Assembly: GCF_044430645.1 (NCBI RefSeq)
Contig: NZ_JAWUDN010000002.1
Coordinates: 2,767-26,766 of the forward strand
Source: Ewingella allii
GTDB taxonomy: Bacteria; Pseudomonadota; Gammaproteobacteria; Enterobacterales; Enterobacteriaceae
Direction: 5' to 3'
Length of the DNA: 24,000 nt
Every line of letters starts with the position of its first letter. Within the stretch, counting starts at the first letter, position 1. Below are positions 1 through 7,851 of this stretch, piece by piece. The notes under the pieces were generated by a model. It did no database searches. It saw only the letters and a list, made by a program, of their open reading frames with translations, and had not been told where the DNA came from. Position numbers and translations under genes: made by a program.

Positions 1-3000
1 TTTAACACCGCCTCGTGATGCGGCGAATCCTCTGTCACCACCACTTCCGTTTCGAAGTGATCGTTGAGATTGTTTATTTCGCCGATGTTCAACACCATGT
101 TGCCCACCGACTCCAGCGTCGAGCTGTTGTTGTTGAACACTGACGCCTGACCGGTTGCCCGCCACTGGTCGTTTAGCTGCCCGCCCACGGCCACGTCGCC
201 AGCGCTGAAAATCAGGCCATGGTCGCGGTTGTTGATGGTCTGCGCGCCGATATCCAGACGATCGCGGGCGGCAATCGTCGCCGCGGTGCCGTTTTCCGCC
301 AAATTATTGAGGGTGCCGGCCTGCAAGGCGATATGGTCGCCATAGATGCGCCCGCTGCCAATATTGTTCAGCGTCGCCGACTGAATATGGGTCAAGTTGC
401 CGTCGATAAGCCCACGGTTAGTGACGTCGCCCGAGGTCAGAATATGGTTCTGCGCGGCACTGATCTCCCCGGTTGCGCCATTGTTTACACTGGCGGCGTT
501 GAGGTTGAGCGTGCCACCGGCTTTGATCAGCGCGCTGTTTTCCAGCCCCTGACCGATATTGAAATTCAGGTCGCCGTTAGCAATCACGTCGCCTTGGTTG
601 TTGAACCCCTGAGCCAGATTCAGCGTCATCGCCCCTTGCGACAGCAGGCTGCCGTCGCCGGTCACTGACGAGGCCGATAATTGCAGGTTTTTACCGGCAA
701 TCAGCGTGCCGCCGGTGTTGCTCAGCGCCAGCCCATTGCCAGCCAGCGTTAAGGTATCGGCGGAAGAGAGTAGGCCTTGGGCATTGTTTAGCGAGCCGGT
801 ATGGATATCCAGCAGGTCATTGGCGCGCAGCGCGCCTTGGGTGTTGTCGAGGTAGTCGCTGCTCAGGCGAACCGATTGGCCTTCAAGCCCGGTGTCCTGA
901 GCTTTGGTATCACGGTTGGCGATCTGCGCGGCGTTTACGGTAGCCGTCGCGCCGCTGCGAATCAAACCGGCGGTATTATCCACCAGGCCGTTAAAGGCAT
1001 TGATCAAGGCATTGCCCGCCGCCTGAAGTTTCCCGCCCCGGTTGTTCAGCCCGGCAATATCAAGTTGAGCATTTCCGCCTGCGGCAATATTACCCTGCGC
1101 GTTATTCAGCGCCTGCCCCTGCGTATTGATGCTGGCATCACCGCCGGTGCGGATCTGTCCGGCCTGATTAAGCAACGCACCGGTCAATAAATTCAGGTTT
1201 TTACCGGCGCTCAGGACGCCGTTGGTGTTATCAACTGCCTGATTCCGGCTATTGAAACTTAAGTTATGGGCGGCCTGCACCAGCCCCTGCTGATTAGTGA
1301 ATTGCCCGGTCGTCAGGTTCAGTTCACCGTCGCTTGCCAGCGTGCCGTTGAGATTGTTGAAATCAGCGGAGGTCAGCCGTAAATCGCCCGTTGCTGCGAT
1401 AAACCCTTGCTGGTTGTCGAGTGAACCGCTGTTGATCGACATCGGCCCACGGCTAACAATCCCGCGATTATCGCCACTATTGCGGTTACTTAAGGCTCCA
1501 CCCTGAAGCTCAAGAGCCATACCGCCGCCCGACTGCACCAGCCCGCCGTCATTGTTTAGCCCGACGCTGGTCAACTGCATATCGCCAAGTGCTGCAATGT
1601 TCCCCTGCTGGTTACTCAGCGTGCCAGTATTGAGGGTAAGCGTTTGCCCCGCGCCGAGCTGCCCTTGCTGGTTATTCAGGCTGGCGGCTTTCAGGTCGAG
1701 ATTGCCATTGCCCGCAATTTGCCCAGCCTGATTGTCCACGCCGTCAAACACCTTGAGCGTCATCGCGCCGCTGCCGGTCTGCAAGATTTTGCCTTCGCGG
1801 TTAGAGAGTCGATTAGCCGTCAGAGTGAATTGATCGGCAGAGGTGATGCCGCCATCCAGCAGGACATCGCCGCTGTTAATGGTCAAATGACCGTTGGAGA
1901 GCATCTGGCCCTGCTCCCCTTGCAGACTGGCGCTTTCCAGTGACAGGTCGCCGTCGGCGGCGTGCAAGATTTTGCCGCCCTGATTGTTGATCTGCGAGGC
2001 TTTGATTTTGAGATCTTTGCCGTTGCTGGCAATGCTGCCGCCACGATTATTAAGGGAGCCTTGATGGGAGAGTTGCAGGGAATCACTGCCCAATTGCGAA
2101 ATAGCGCCTTGCTGGTTAGAAAGGGAGCCCGCTCTGATATTTAGCTTATCACCGAGCAGCTTTCCACCGTCGTTATTGAGCATTTTGCCACTGCGCGCGG
2201 TCAACTGCTGTTGCGCCGCAACCTGCGCGCTGCCGGTCTGCAGATTGTCCTGCCCGGCGTCCAGAGTGACGTTATTGCCGCTGGTCGAGCTATGGCGCAC
2301 ATCGACGCCCTGCCCGCGAGCTGTCAGATCGCCGGAGGCCAAGTTTTGCCCCTGAGCTCGTAACTGCCCCGAGGCATCGAGGGTGAGATTGCTACTTCCT
2401 GCCAGCTTACCGTCCTGATTAACACCCGCCGCCAGCACGCTTCCCTGCTCGCTATTTAACGTCGCGCTTTTCGTTTGCAGATGGTTATTGGCGGTGATTG
2501 CGCCGCTATTGTGCAGATCGCCCGTCGCAATCAGGTTGGCATCGGCGCCGGAACGCACCGCGCCGCTGTTTTCCATCGCGCCGTTAGCAGCAATAGTGAC
2601 GCCCGCCTGGCCGCTCATCTGCCCGCTGTTTTCAATACGGCCATCGGCAGTGACCACCAGAGTGCCCGCCTGCGCGCCGATATTACCGGCGTTATGCACC
2701 CCGACGCCGTCTTCGGTGCCGATCAGGCGAATTTTATTGGCGTACATGCCGCCGAGCTGGGCGACGTCTACCGCCATCATCGGCCGTGGTGAACCGTCCG
2801 CGGCTTTTTTATCGATTTGCTGATGATCAACATCCACCTTGTTGCGGCCTGCCGTCACCTTGAGATCTTTCGCCACTAAGTTGGCGTTAATTTTCACCGA
2901 GCGGGCGATGATGTCCGTGTAATCCTGACGGCTGCTGTCCATTCCCGCGCCCTGGATCACGATTTCGCCCCGTTCAACATCAAACCCGGTGAGCTGGCCA

Positions 3001-3620
3001 TTGTTGAGCTGAGCCTGCCCGGTGGTCATGGTGGCGCGATTAGCATTGATGAAGCCGCAGCCGTTACAGGTGATCCCCGCCGGGTTGGCGATCACGACCT
3101 GTGCCTGACGGCCTGCGACTTCGACATAGCCGTTAAGCTGGCTCGGGTCGCGCGAGTTGACCTCATTGAGGATCACTTTCGCCTCGCCGCGCGCCAGCCA
3201 AGGGTTCCCCTGCACCATACCGCCCTGCTGCGTCGCCACGTTATTTCGCGAGTTATTAAGGATCACCCCTTTTTGATCGACGTCGAACTGGCTGTAGGTG
3301 TTGCGGGAAACGCCCCCTTCGCTTGGAGTTTGAATATTGACCTGCGGGGTGCCGTTGGCAGTGCTGACGATATTCGGCTGCTGGTTACTCGGCGCCTGAC
3401 CATCGGCCACGATCCCCGCCTGAGCACTATTGACCAGCACCACCGATCCAAAGAGCGCCAGCATGGCGCAGGACAGGCTGCTCAAGCGACATTGGCGTAT
3501 AGCCGTCTTGCTGCGGCGCACGCGGCGTCCACCCTCTCGGCCTGCCGAAGCAATTTCCGCCACCACCATTAACAGGCCACGGGCTTTATTAAAAATGATG
3601 CGATAGAGATGTTTGTTCAT
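1..3620 (-). CDS. Two-partner-secretion exoprotein (TpsA), filamentous-haemagglutinin/CdiA-like; N-terminal ~1206 codons, 3' end beyond the left edge of the window
   Basis: Absent from the ORF track because it has no stop in the window. The reverse complement from the ATG at 3620-3618 (AAGGA 9 nt upstream) reads MNKHLYRIIFNKARGLLMVVAEIA..., an extended signal peptide region. A second hydrophobic segment follows (..AMLALFGSVVLVNSAQA). Then comes a TPS domain with hand-translated motifs GNPWLARGEAKVILNEV (NPNL-type) and VVIANPAGITCNGCGFINA (NPNGI-type). After that are many degenerate Gly/Asn/Gln-rich FHA-type repeats (LNNQGG / LSNQQG-like). The frame was checked open at both ends; the last codons are ..HFETEVVVTEDSPHHEAVL. 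It lies directly downstream of a TpsB gene. Confidence 0.85.
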   Translation of the reverse strand, partial: MNKHLYRIIFNKARGLLMVVAEIASAGREGGRRVRRSKTAIRQCRLSSLSCAMLALFGSVVLVNSAQAGIVADGQAPSNQQPNIVSTANGTPQVNIQTPSEGGVSRNTYSQFDVDQKGVILNNSRNNVATQQGGMVQGNPWLARGEAKVILNEVNSRDPSQLNGYVEVAGRQAQVVIANPAGITCNGCGFINANRATMTTGQAQLNNGQLTGFDVERGEIVIQGAGMDSSRQDYTDIIARSVKINANLVAKDLKVTAGRNKVDVDHQQIDKKAADGSPRPMMAVDVAQLGGMYANKIRLIGTEDGVGVHNAGNIGAQAGTLVVTADGRIENSGQMSGQAGVTIAANGAMENSGAVRSGADANLIATGDLHNSGAITANNHLQTKSATLNSEQGSVLAAGVNQDGKLAGSSNLTLDASGQLRAQGQNLASGDLTARGQGVDVRHSSTSGNNVTLDAGQDNLQTGSAQVAAQQQLTARSGKMLNNDGGKLLGDKLNIRAGSLSNQQGAISQLGSDSLQLSHQGSLNNRGGSIASNGKDLKIKASQINNQGGKILHAADGDLSLESASLQGEQGQMLSNGHLTINSGDVLLDGGITSADQFTLTANRLSNREGKILQTGSGAMTLKVFDGVDNQAGQIAGNGNLDLKAASLNNQQGQLGAGQTLTLNTGTLSNQQGNIAALGDMQLTSVGLNNDGGLVQSGGGMALELQGGALSNRNSGDNRGIVSRGPMSINSGSLDNQQGFIAATGDLRLTSADFNNLNGTLASDGELNLTTGQFTNQQGLVQAAHNLSFNSRNQAVDNTNGVLSAGKNLNLLTGALLNQAGQIRTGGDASINTQGQALNNAQGNIAAGGNAQLDIAGLNNRGGKLQAAGNALINAFNGLVDNTAGLIRSGATATVNAAQIANRDTKAQDTGLEGQSVRLSSDYLDNTQGALRANDLLDIHTGSLNNAQGLLSSADTLTLAGNGLALSNTGGTLIAGKNLQLSASSVTGDGSLLSQGAMTLNLAQGFNNQGDVIANGDLNFNIGQGLENSALIKAGGTLNLNAASVNNGATGEISAAQNHILTSGDVTNRGLIDGNLTHIQSATLNNIGSGRIYGDHIALQAGTLNNLAENGTAATIAARDRLDIGAQTINNRDHGLIFSAGDVAVGGQLNDQWRATGQASVFNNNSSTLESVGNMVLNIGEINNLNDHFETEVVVTEDSPHHEAVL

Positions 3621-3637
3621 GGCAGAGTGTCCTTACC

Positions 3638-5350
3638 CTAATACGACCAGTTGAGGTTGAAGCCCAGCGAGACGGGATCCGTTGAGAAACCGTCAGGTTT
3701 GGAGAAAGGCACCGAGGCGAACAGGTCATAACCGACCCTGAAAGCTCTGCCACGCACCCCAACTGCGCCGCCCGCTAAGTGATTGCCCACCAAATATTGC
3801 GTGCCGTTGCCGCCCACTTCGCCATAGTCCACCCCAAGATAAAGCTCCTGGGAAGGCAGCGGCGTCACCCATGCCAGGTCGTTACGCACAAACCAGCCGC
3901 GATCGGCATTCAGGGTGAGTTCACCGTCGAAGCCGCGTACCGTCCAGCGGTTACCGATAGCAAATTGATCCTGAGGCGTCAGGTGAGTGTCGGTGTACTG
4001 GCGCTGATACTGCACGTTGTAGCGAAATTTCTGATTGGCGATGGCAAAAGGCACATCAAGCTGGGCGGAAAGCTGGACGATTTTGCTTAGCGCCGTCGCG
4101 TAGCCGCCATACTCTTCCGGCGCAGGCGTAGCGCCAAACCATCGGGTACCGCGCTGATAGCTAATGCCCGTGTCAAGGGTGGCTTGCGAAATATAGTGAC
4201 GATGCTGTAAGCCCAAGCGCCACGCCGCCGTTTGCCTGCGCTGCACTTCGATTTCAGTATCATTGACGTAGTTTCTGGACTCGCGCGCCAGCACGTCATA
4301 GGTCAGCGTGGTCTTCTGGCTACCGTTGCGATGCAATATGCGGCTAACTTGGAAATCGAGATTTTTACTTTTACCGCGATAGCGATAATCGCTATTAAGC
4401 CCGGCGGTGGTCTGGTTGTATTCGTAACTATTGGCCGTCAGGCCAAACATCCAGTAGCCGAAAGGCACTGAATAGTGCCCGGTGACGTTGCCGGTGCTCT
4501 TGCCGCTTTTATGAGGCAGGCTGCTGGTGCCGGAGATATAGAACAGGTCGCTAAGGGCAAAGGGATTATCCAGCGATAAGGTCGCGGTGCCCTGATAGCG
4601 GCCGGTGCTGCGCGTGCCTGAGTCATCAAGGCCCGCCGCGACGCGCCACATTTTTTCCTGCTTCCAGCGCAGCGCAATATCACTTTCACCCGGCTGCTCG
4701 CCGGGAAGGATTTCCATGTCAGCCTGCACCGTCGGCAGGCGCTGCAGATTCTCTAAGCCCTGCTCGATATCGCGTAAATCTAATAGCTGATCTTGATGGG
4801 CAGGAAATGCGCTGTAGAGCGTGACGTAATGGTCGCTGTCTGGCGTTAATTTCACCTGACGGGTCTTGCCGGACACCACTACCAGCTGCAGCACGCCGCT
4901 TTTCAGATCCTGCGACGGAGCCAGCACGCGGGTGGTGATATACCCGTGATCCACTAACCTGTTCTGCAGAGTACTCATCAACAGGTTGATGCCTTTCCCC
5001 CCCAAGCATTTGCCTACGGCTTGATTGCTGATGTGCTGTAGCGGCAGCCAATGCGGCAAGGCCTCGGTACCACTCAGCCGGACTTGGGAGAGGGTAAAAC
5101 ACGGGGTTTCCTGCGGAAAATTGATGCGGCCAAAACTGCTGGGAGGGGGAGAAAGACGGACATCTGGTGCCTGGGGGGTCAGGCTCTGCTGCAGAGCGCG
5201 TTGCTGCTCCTGCTGATGAATAAATTGTTGACCCCCTGCTTCACTAAAAGGAGCGAGGCCAGTAAGAGGCTCAGCATAGCTGCTGGCAATAAATAGACTG
5301 AGGGAAATAATCAGCGACTGGCAGGCAATATTTATAGCGGGGCTGCGCAC
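3638..5350 (-). CDS. TpsB outer-membrane transporter/activator (ShlB/FhaC/HecB/CdiB family, POTRA + beta-barrel)
   Basis: 570-aa ORF with an N-terminal signal peptide (..[12 protein letters not shown]). It has beta-barrel-like alternating C-terminal sequence ending in an aromatic residue (..GFNLNWSY). GTG start at 5350 with AAGGA upstream. Its stop is 18 nt before the tpsA ATG on the same strand, the classical tpsB-tpsA order. Confidence 0.9.
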   Translation of the reverse strand: MRSPAINIACQSLIISLSLFIASSYAEPLTGLAPFSEAGGQQFIHQQEQQRALQQSLTPQAPDVRLSPPPSSFGRINFPQETPCFTLSQVRLSGTEALPHWLPLQHISNQAVGKCLGGKGINLLMSTLQNRLVDHGYITTRVLAPSQDLKSGVLQLVVVSGKTRQVKLTPDSDHYVTLYSAFPAHQDQLLDLRDIEQGLENLQRLPTVQADMEILPGEQPGESDIALRWKQEKMWRVAAGLDDSGTRSTGRYQGTATLSLDNPFALSDLFYISGTSSLPHKSGKSTGNVTGHYSVPFGYWMFGLTANSYEYNQTTAGLNSDYRYRGKSKNLDFQVSRILHRNGSQKTTLTYDVLARESRNYVNDTEIEVQRRQTAAWRLGLQHRHYISQATLDTGISYQRGTRWFGATPAPEEYGGYATALSKIVQLSAQLDVPFAIANQKFRYNVQYQRQYTDTHLTPQDQFAIGNRWTVRGFDGELTLNADRGWFVRNDLAWVTPLPSQELYLGVDYGEVGGNGTQYLVGNHLAGGAVGVRGRAFRVGYDLFASVPFSKPDGFSTDPVSLGFNLNWSY

Positions 5351-5725
5351 GTAAAAACATCCTTATTATTAATCCATGGGTAAATCATCCTTAATCCAGC
5401 TACATTATGACCATGCGAAGTCAATTTACGATATCTTTTATTTTCTTTATCAAAAGAAACAATCCAGAAAAGTTAGGAGAGAAATTAATGTTCAACTTAT
5501 TGAAATCGTTAACATAAAAATCACAACCACTTGATTTTAAATAACTAAAATCAAAAATAACAATGTAATTCTGGTTGAATACAAGCCTTACCAAGCCCGA
5601 AAAAAACCACTATCAATATATGCATCACCTTGAATATATATATTGATCATTAATAAAGTTATTAAAATATTAACCCAGTCAGTTATTCATTGAAAAAATA
5701 CATTCCCCTTAGTTCTCACTCACTA

Positions 5726-6055
5726 TTAACTATTATTTGGCACAATGATTTGCCTCTCCAGCCTTAAGCCCTGACCATCGGTTAACGTGACCGTCACCTG
5801 GGTCCAATCCCCTTTTTGCATCGCGATGCGCATCTGCCCGAGAGAGAGGGTTTTGTTCGCGGCGAGGTTGATACTGCCCTGCTGGCGGCTGGTGCTCTGC
5901 CCCTGCTCGGCGCGATGTGAGACGGCCATGGAAACCTGACAGGTGCAGTTTTGGCTCAGGGTCGCCATGGGCCGGACAATATAGACATCGGCCTCAGTTT
6001 GGGTGTCGAACCACAGTTGGTTCGACATGACGGCGGCAATCAACAATAGCTGCAT
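5726..6055 (-). CDS. csgC: Curli assembly chaperone-like protein CsgC
   Basis: 109 aa, last gene after csgB-csgA. It carries the CxC motif (SQNCTCQV) and overall resembles E. coli CsgC (..GDVY.., ..VTVTLTDGQGL..). A strong AAGGAGG SD lies upstream of the ATG at 6055. Confidence 0.8.
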   Translation of the reverse strand: MQLLLIAAVMSNQLWFDTQTEADVYIVRPMATLSQNCTCQVSMAVSHRAEQGQSTSRQQGSINLAANKTLSLGQMRIAMQKGDWTQVTVTLTDGQGLRLERQIIVPNNS

Positions 6056-6073
6056 TGTTCCTCCTTATATAAA

Positions 6074-6101
6074 GCATAACAGGGCATAGGCCCTGTTATG
6101 C
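6074..6101 (-). terminator. Intercistronic stem-loop between csgA and csgC (possible partial terminator/attenuator)
   Basis: Perfect 12-bp inverted repeat, gcataacagggc (6074-6085) and gccctgttatgc (6090-6101), with a 4-nt loop. On the minus-strand RNA it is followed by UUUAUAUAAGGAGG, a short U-run and then the csgC SD. Confidence 0.5.
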
Positions 6102-6136
6102 GACGAACAAACTGCATGACAATAACGTCAGGGGAA

Positions 6137-6574
6137 TCAGTGCTGGCTAGCGTAAGCCTGATTGCCGGTACCGTACTGTTGGATATTCGCCAGACTGCCG
6201 TTGGCGTATTGATTCGACTGCGCGTAGTTACCCGTACCGTTTTGGCTGATTTGGGTAATGCTGCTGCTGGCGGCCTGCAACACGTTGGCGTTGTTCCAGT
6301 CACCGGCCTGGGAGACTTTTACCAGACTGTTGTTGCCCGTTTGGTTGCTGCCAACTTTGTTTTGTGAGCCGCGCTGGTCAATCGACGTCAGCGATTTAGA
6401 GACGCCGCTTTGGTTAGCCTGAGCACGGTTAGCCGTACCAGCCTGATAAATTTGAATTTCAGCGTTCCAGTTGGTGGTCTGAAATACTGGCAGAGAAGAG
6501 GTTGGAGGCGTTGTTGCCAATGCACTGCCACTGATCACTAACGCAGATACTGCCACAATTTTTAAAAGATTCAT
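6137..6574 (-). CDS. csgA: Major curlin subunit CsgA (diverged)
   Basis: 145 aa. Signal peptide MNLLKIVAVSALVISGSALA, then five imperfect curlin repeats with the Q-x-G-x-x-N-x-A-x-x-x-Q register (e.g. IYQAGTANRAQANQSG, ISQNGTGNYAQSNQYA, IQQYGTGNQAYASQH). It sits between csgB and csgC. Confidence 0.9.
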   Translation of the reverse strand: MNLLKIVAVSALVISGSALATTPPTSSLPVFQTTNWNAEIQIYQAGTANRAQANQSGVSKSLTSIDQRGSQNKVGSNQTGNNSLVKVSQAGDWNNANVLQAASSSITQISQNGTGNYAQSNQYANGSLANIQQYGTGNQAYASQH

Positions 6575-6625
6575 GATGCTACCCCATTGGTTAAAGTTGG
6601 ATGATCTTCATTTGAGACAAAGTGA

Positions 6626-7153
6626 TTAACGCTGTGTGACTCTGATCGCCATTCCTGACGAATTTTGTACGACACCGGCTGACCGGTCCGTACCACTTTG
6701 GCTAATTTGCGTCACGCTCCGGCTACCTCGCTGGAGAATAACGGCGGTATTGCCAAAATCTTTTTGTTCAATAGATGCAGAACTGCTATTTCCAAGCTGG
6801 GCAATCACGGCGGTATTTTCACTGCCGCTTTGCATAATATCGGCCGCGTTACCATTCCCTCGCTGATTAACAATCGCATTATTATCATTGTTAAATTGCG
6901 TAATATTCGCCCGATTGCTGTTCCCATTTTGTTGGGTAGTAGCCGTATTGCCATTGCCTTTTTGCAAAATAAAAGCGGCATTGCCCGAGGATGTATAGCC
7001 CCCCACAACGGCGTTATCAAACGAATTGCTGTAATAGTAAATATCACTGATGTTGGCGCTAAAGCCCAATTCACTGTGGGCGAGATCGTTCAGTTGCGCC
7101 ATGGTAATAAGAGGTAATGAAAGCAGCGCAACGGTAAAAATCATTTTTTTCAT
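6626..7153 (-). CDS. csgB: Minor curlin / nucleator subunit CsgB (extended, 175 aa)
   Basis: Signal peptide MKKMIFTVALLSLPLITMA. It has curlin repeats (FILQKGNGNTATTQQNG, ANITQFNNDNNAIVNQRG, and so on) and the conserved C-terminal ..MAIRVTQR seen in E. coli CsgB. First gene of csgBAC. Confidence 0.9.
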   Translation of the reverse strand: MKKMIFTVALLSLPLITMAQLNDLAHSELGFSANISDIYYYSNSFDNAVVGGYTSSGNAAFILQKGNGNTATTQQNGNSNRANITQFNNDNNAIVNQRGNGNAADIMQSGSENTAVIAQLGNSSSASIEQKDFGNTAVILQRGSRSVTQISQSGTDRSAGVVQNSSGMAIRVTQR

Positions 7154-7243
7154 ATTTCAGCCCTGATTGACTTTCTTCTGCATTATGAAAATGACAATCG
7201 ACAAACACATCGAGAAAGCCAGAATTGTTTACTGGACGAATTG

Positions 7244-7278
7244 AGTATGGATAGTCGTAAAAATAAAAAACTCACCTG
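7244..7278 (-). promoter_or_regulatory. Candidate csgBAC promoter: sigma-S-type -10 (CATACT) plus CsgD-box-like element
   Basis: The minus strand reads CAGGTGAGTTT-(18 nt)-CATACT. CAGGTGAGTTT (7268-7278) matches the recalled CsgD-box consensus CGGGKGAKNKA at 9 of 11 positions. CATACT (7244-7249) and the box-to-(-10) spacing resemble the E. coli csgB promoter as I recall it (CGGGTGAGTTA..19 nt..CATACT). Confidence 0.5.
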
Positions 7279-7797
7279 TAAGTCGTATTTTTCATTTAAG
7301 ACTCATCAGAAAGCATGAGGTAAAGAGTAAAAAACCCCGTAATTCCATCAACCTGAAATTTCGAAAATAATTAATCAAGGTGCGTAACTAACCTAGAATC
7401 CGCTCAACCTCATTTATCATACAATTTATTAAATCTGTCATTACCCTGATCAAATACGTAGCCTGAGAAGACGAAAAATTTATCTCTGCCTATGAGGGTT
7501 ACAGCTGATATTGAATATACTGTCACCTTTTTTAGAGGGTGAAGACTGCGAAGTAGCGTCAGATCGCGAGGTCAAACCAGTTATGGAAATACTAAACCAA
7601 GACCAATATTTGAGATAAAGCAGAAGAAAAACTCACCTCATCAGCTTAACCAGTACATCAAACTGCCCGCTAGGCGAATGAATTAGCAGTAGTTAGTTGC
7701 CAGTTTGAGGTAAACATACGGCAGGATAGGTTAAGGGCGTTTAACAGATTGGCTGCTTCTAATCACAACAGTGCGAAGTAAAATTTGCACATTTTCA

Positions 7798-7851
7798 GTT
7801 ACATTTTGAAACACAAATAAGCCTTGATTTAGAGTGTCCAATGGATAGATT
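7798..7851 (+). promoter_or_regulatory. Candidate csgD promoter: OmpR-like site, -35 TTGATT, -10 TAGATT
   Basis: GTTACATTTTGAAACACAA (7798-7816) resembles OmpR half-sites. TTGATT (7824-7829), 16 nt, then TAGATT (7846-7851). The block aligns by eye with the E. coli csgD promoter as recalled (GTTACATGTTTAACACTTGATTTAAGATTTGTAATGGCTAGATTG). The predicted TSS is near 7858, which puts the OmpR-like site at about -50. Confidence 0.5.

Noticed and set aside
1883-3451. Minus-strand ORFs 1883-2086 and 3263-3451.
   Set aside because: They are out of frame with, and fully embedded in, the TpsA coding frame. They have no SD or family resemblance.
219-3572. Plus-strand ORFs from the track (219-668, 801-1190, 1297-1506, 1644-1943, 1962-2144, 2475-2792, 2488-2823, 3273-3572).
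   Set aside because: Their translations are low-complexity Ala/Gly/Arg/Val-rich with no recognisable family. Most sit in the codon-aligned antisense phase of the long open minus-strand frame, which encodes a clear TPS-domain/FHA-repeat protein. They are shadow ORFs of a GC-rich repetitive gene.
3779-5296. Multiple ORFs on both strands inside 3638-5350 (e.g. 4719-5102 minus, 5051-5296 plus).
   Set aside because: They are nested in alternative frames of the well-supported 570-aa TpsB gene, and their translations are Arg/Ala/Ser-rich and non-protein-like.
5488-5517. 9-codon mini-ORF MFNLLKSLT with a strong AGGAG SD in the AT-rich tpsB upstream spacer (plus strand).
   Set aside because: It is too short to support and sits in very AT-rich DNA where ATG/TAA and purine runs arise by chance. 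It has no downstream partner gene on that strand.
6040-7117. Overlapping ORFs 6040-6303(-), 6098-6367(+), 6636-6866(+), 6698-7117(+) and 6805-7074(-).
   Set aside because: These are alternative-frame or antisense ORFs within csgA and csgB. The real genes have signal peptides, curlin repeats and SDs.
6137-7153. Regular ~66-nt periodic repeats that could look like a repeat array.
   Set aside because: They are the in-frame curlin repeats of csgA and csgB. There is no repeat-spacer structure, so this is not a CRISPR array or a non-coding tandem repeat.
7492-7618. Tiny ORFs in the csg intergenic region (MRVTADIEYTVTFFRG at 7492; MEILNQDQYLR at 7583).
   Set aside because: They lack good SD spacing and have no support beyond being open. 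The region is expected to be regulatory DNA.
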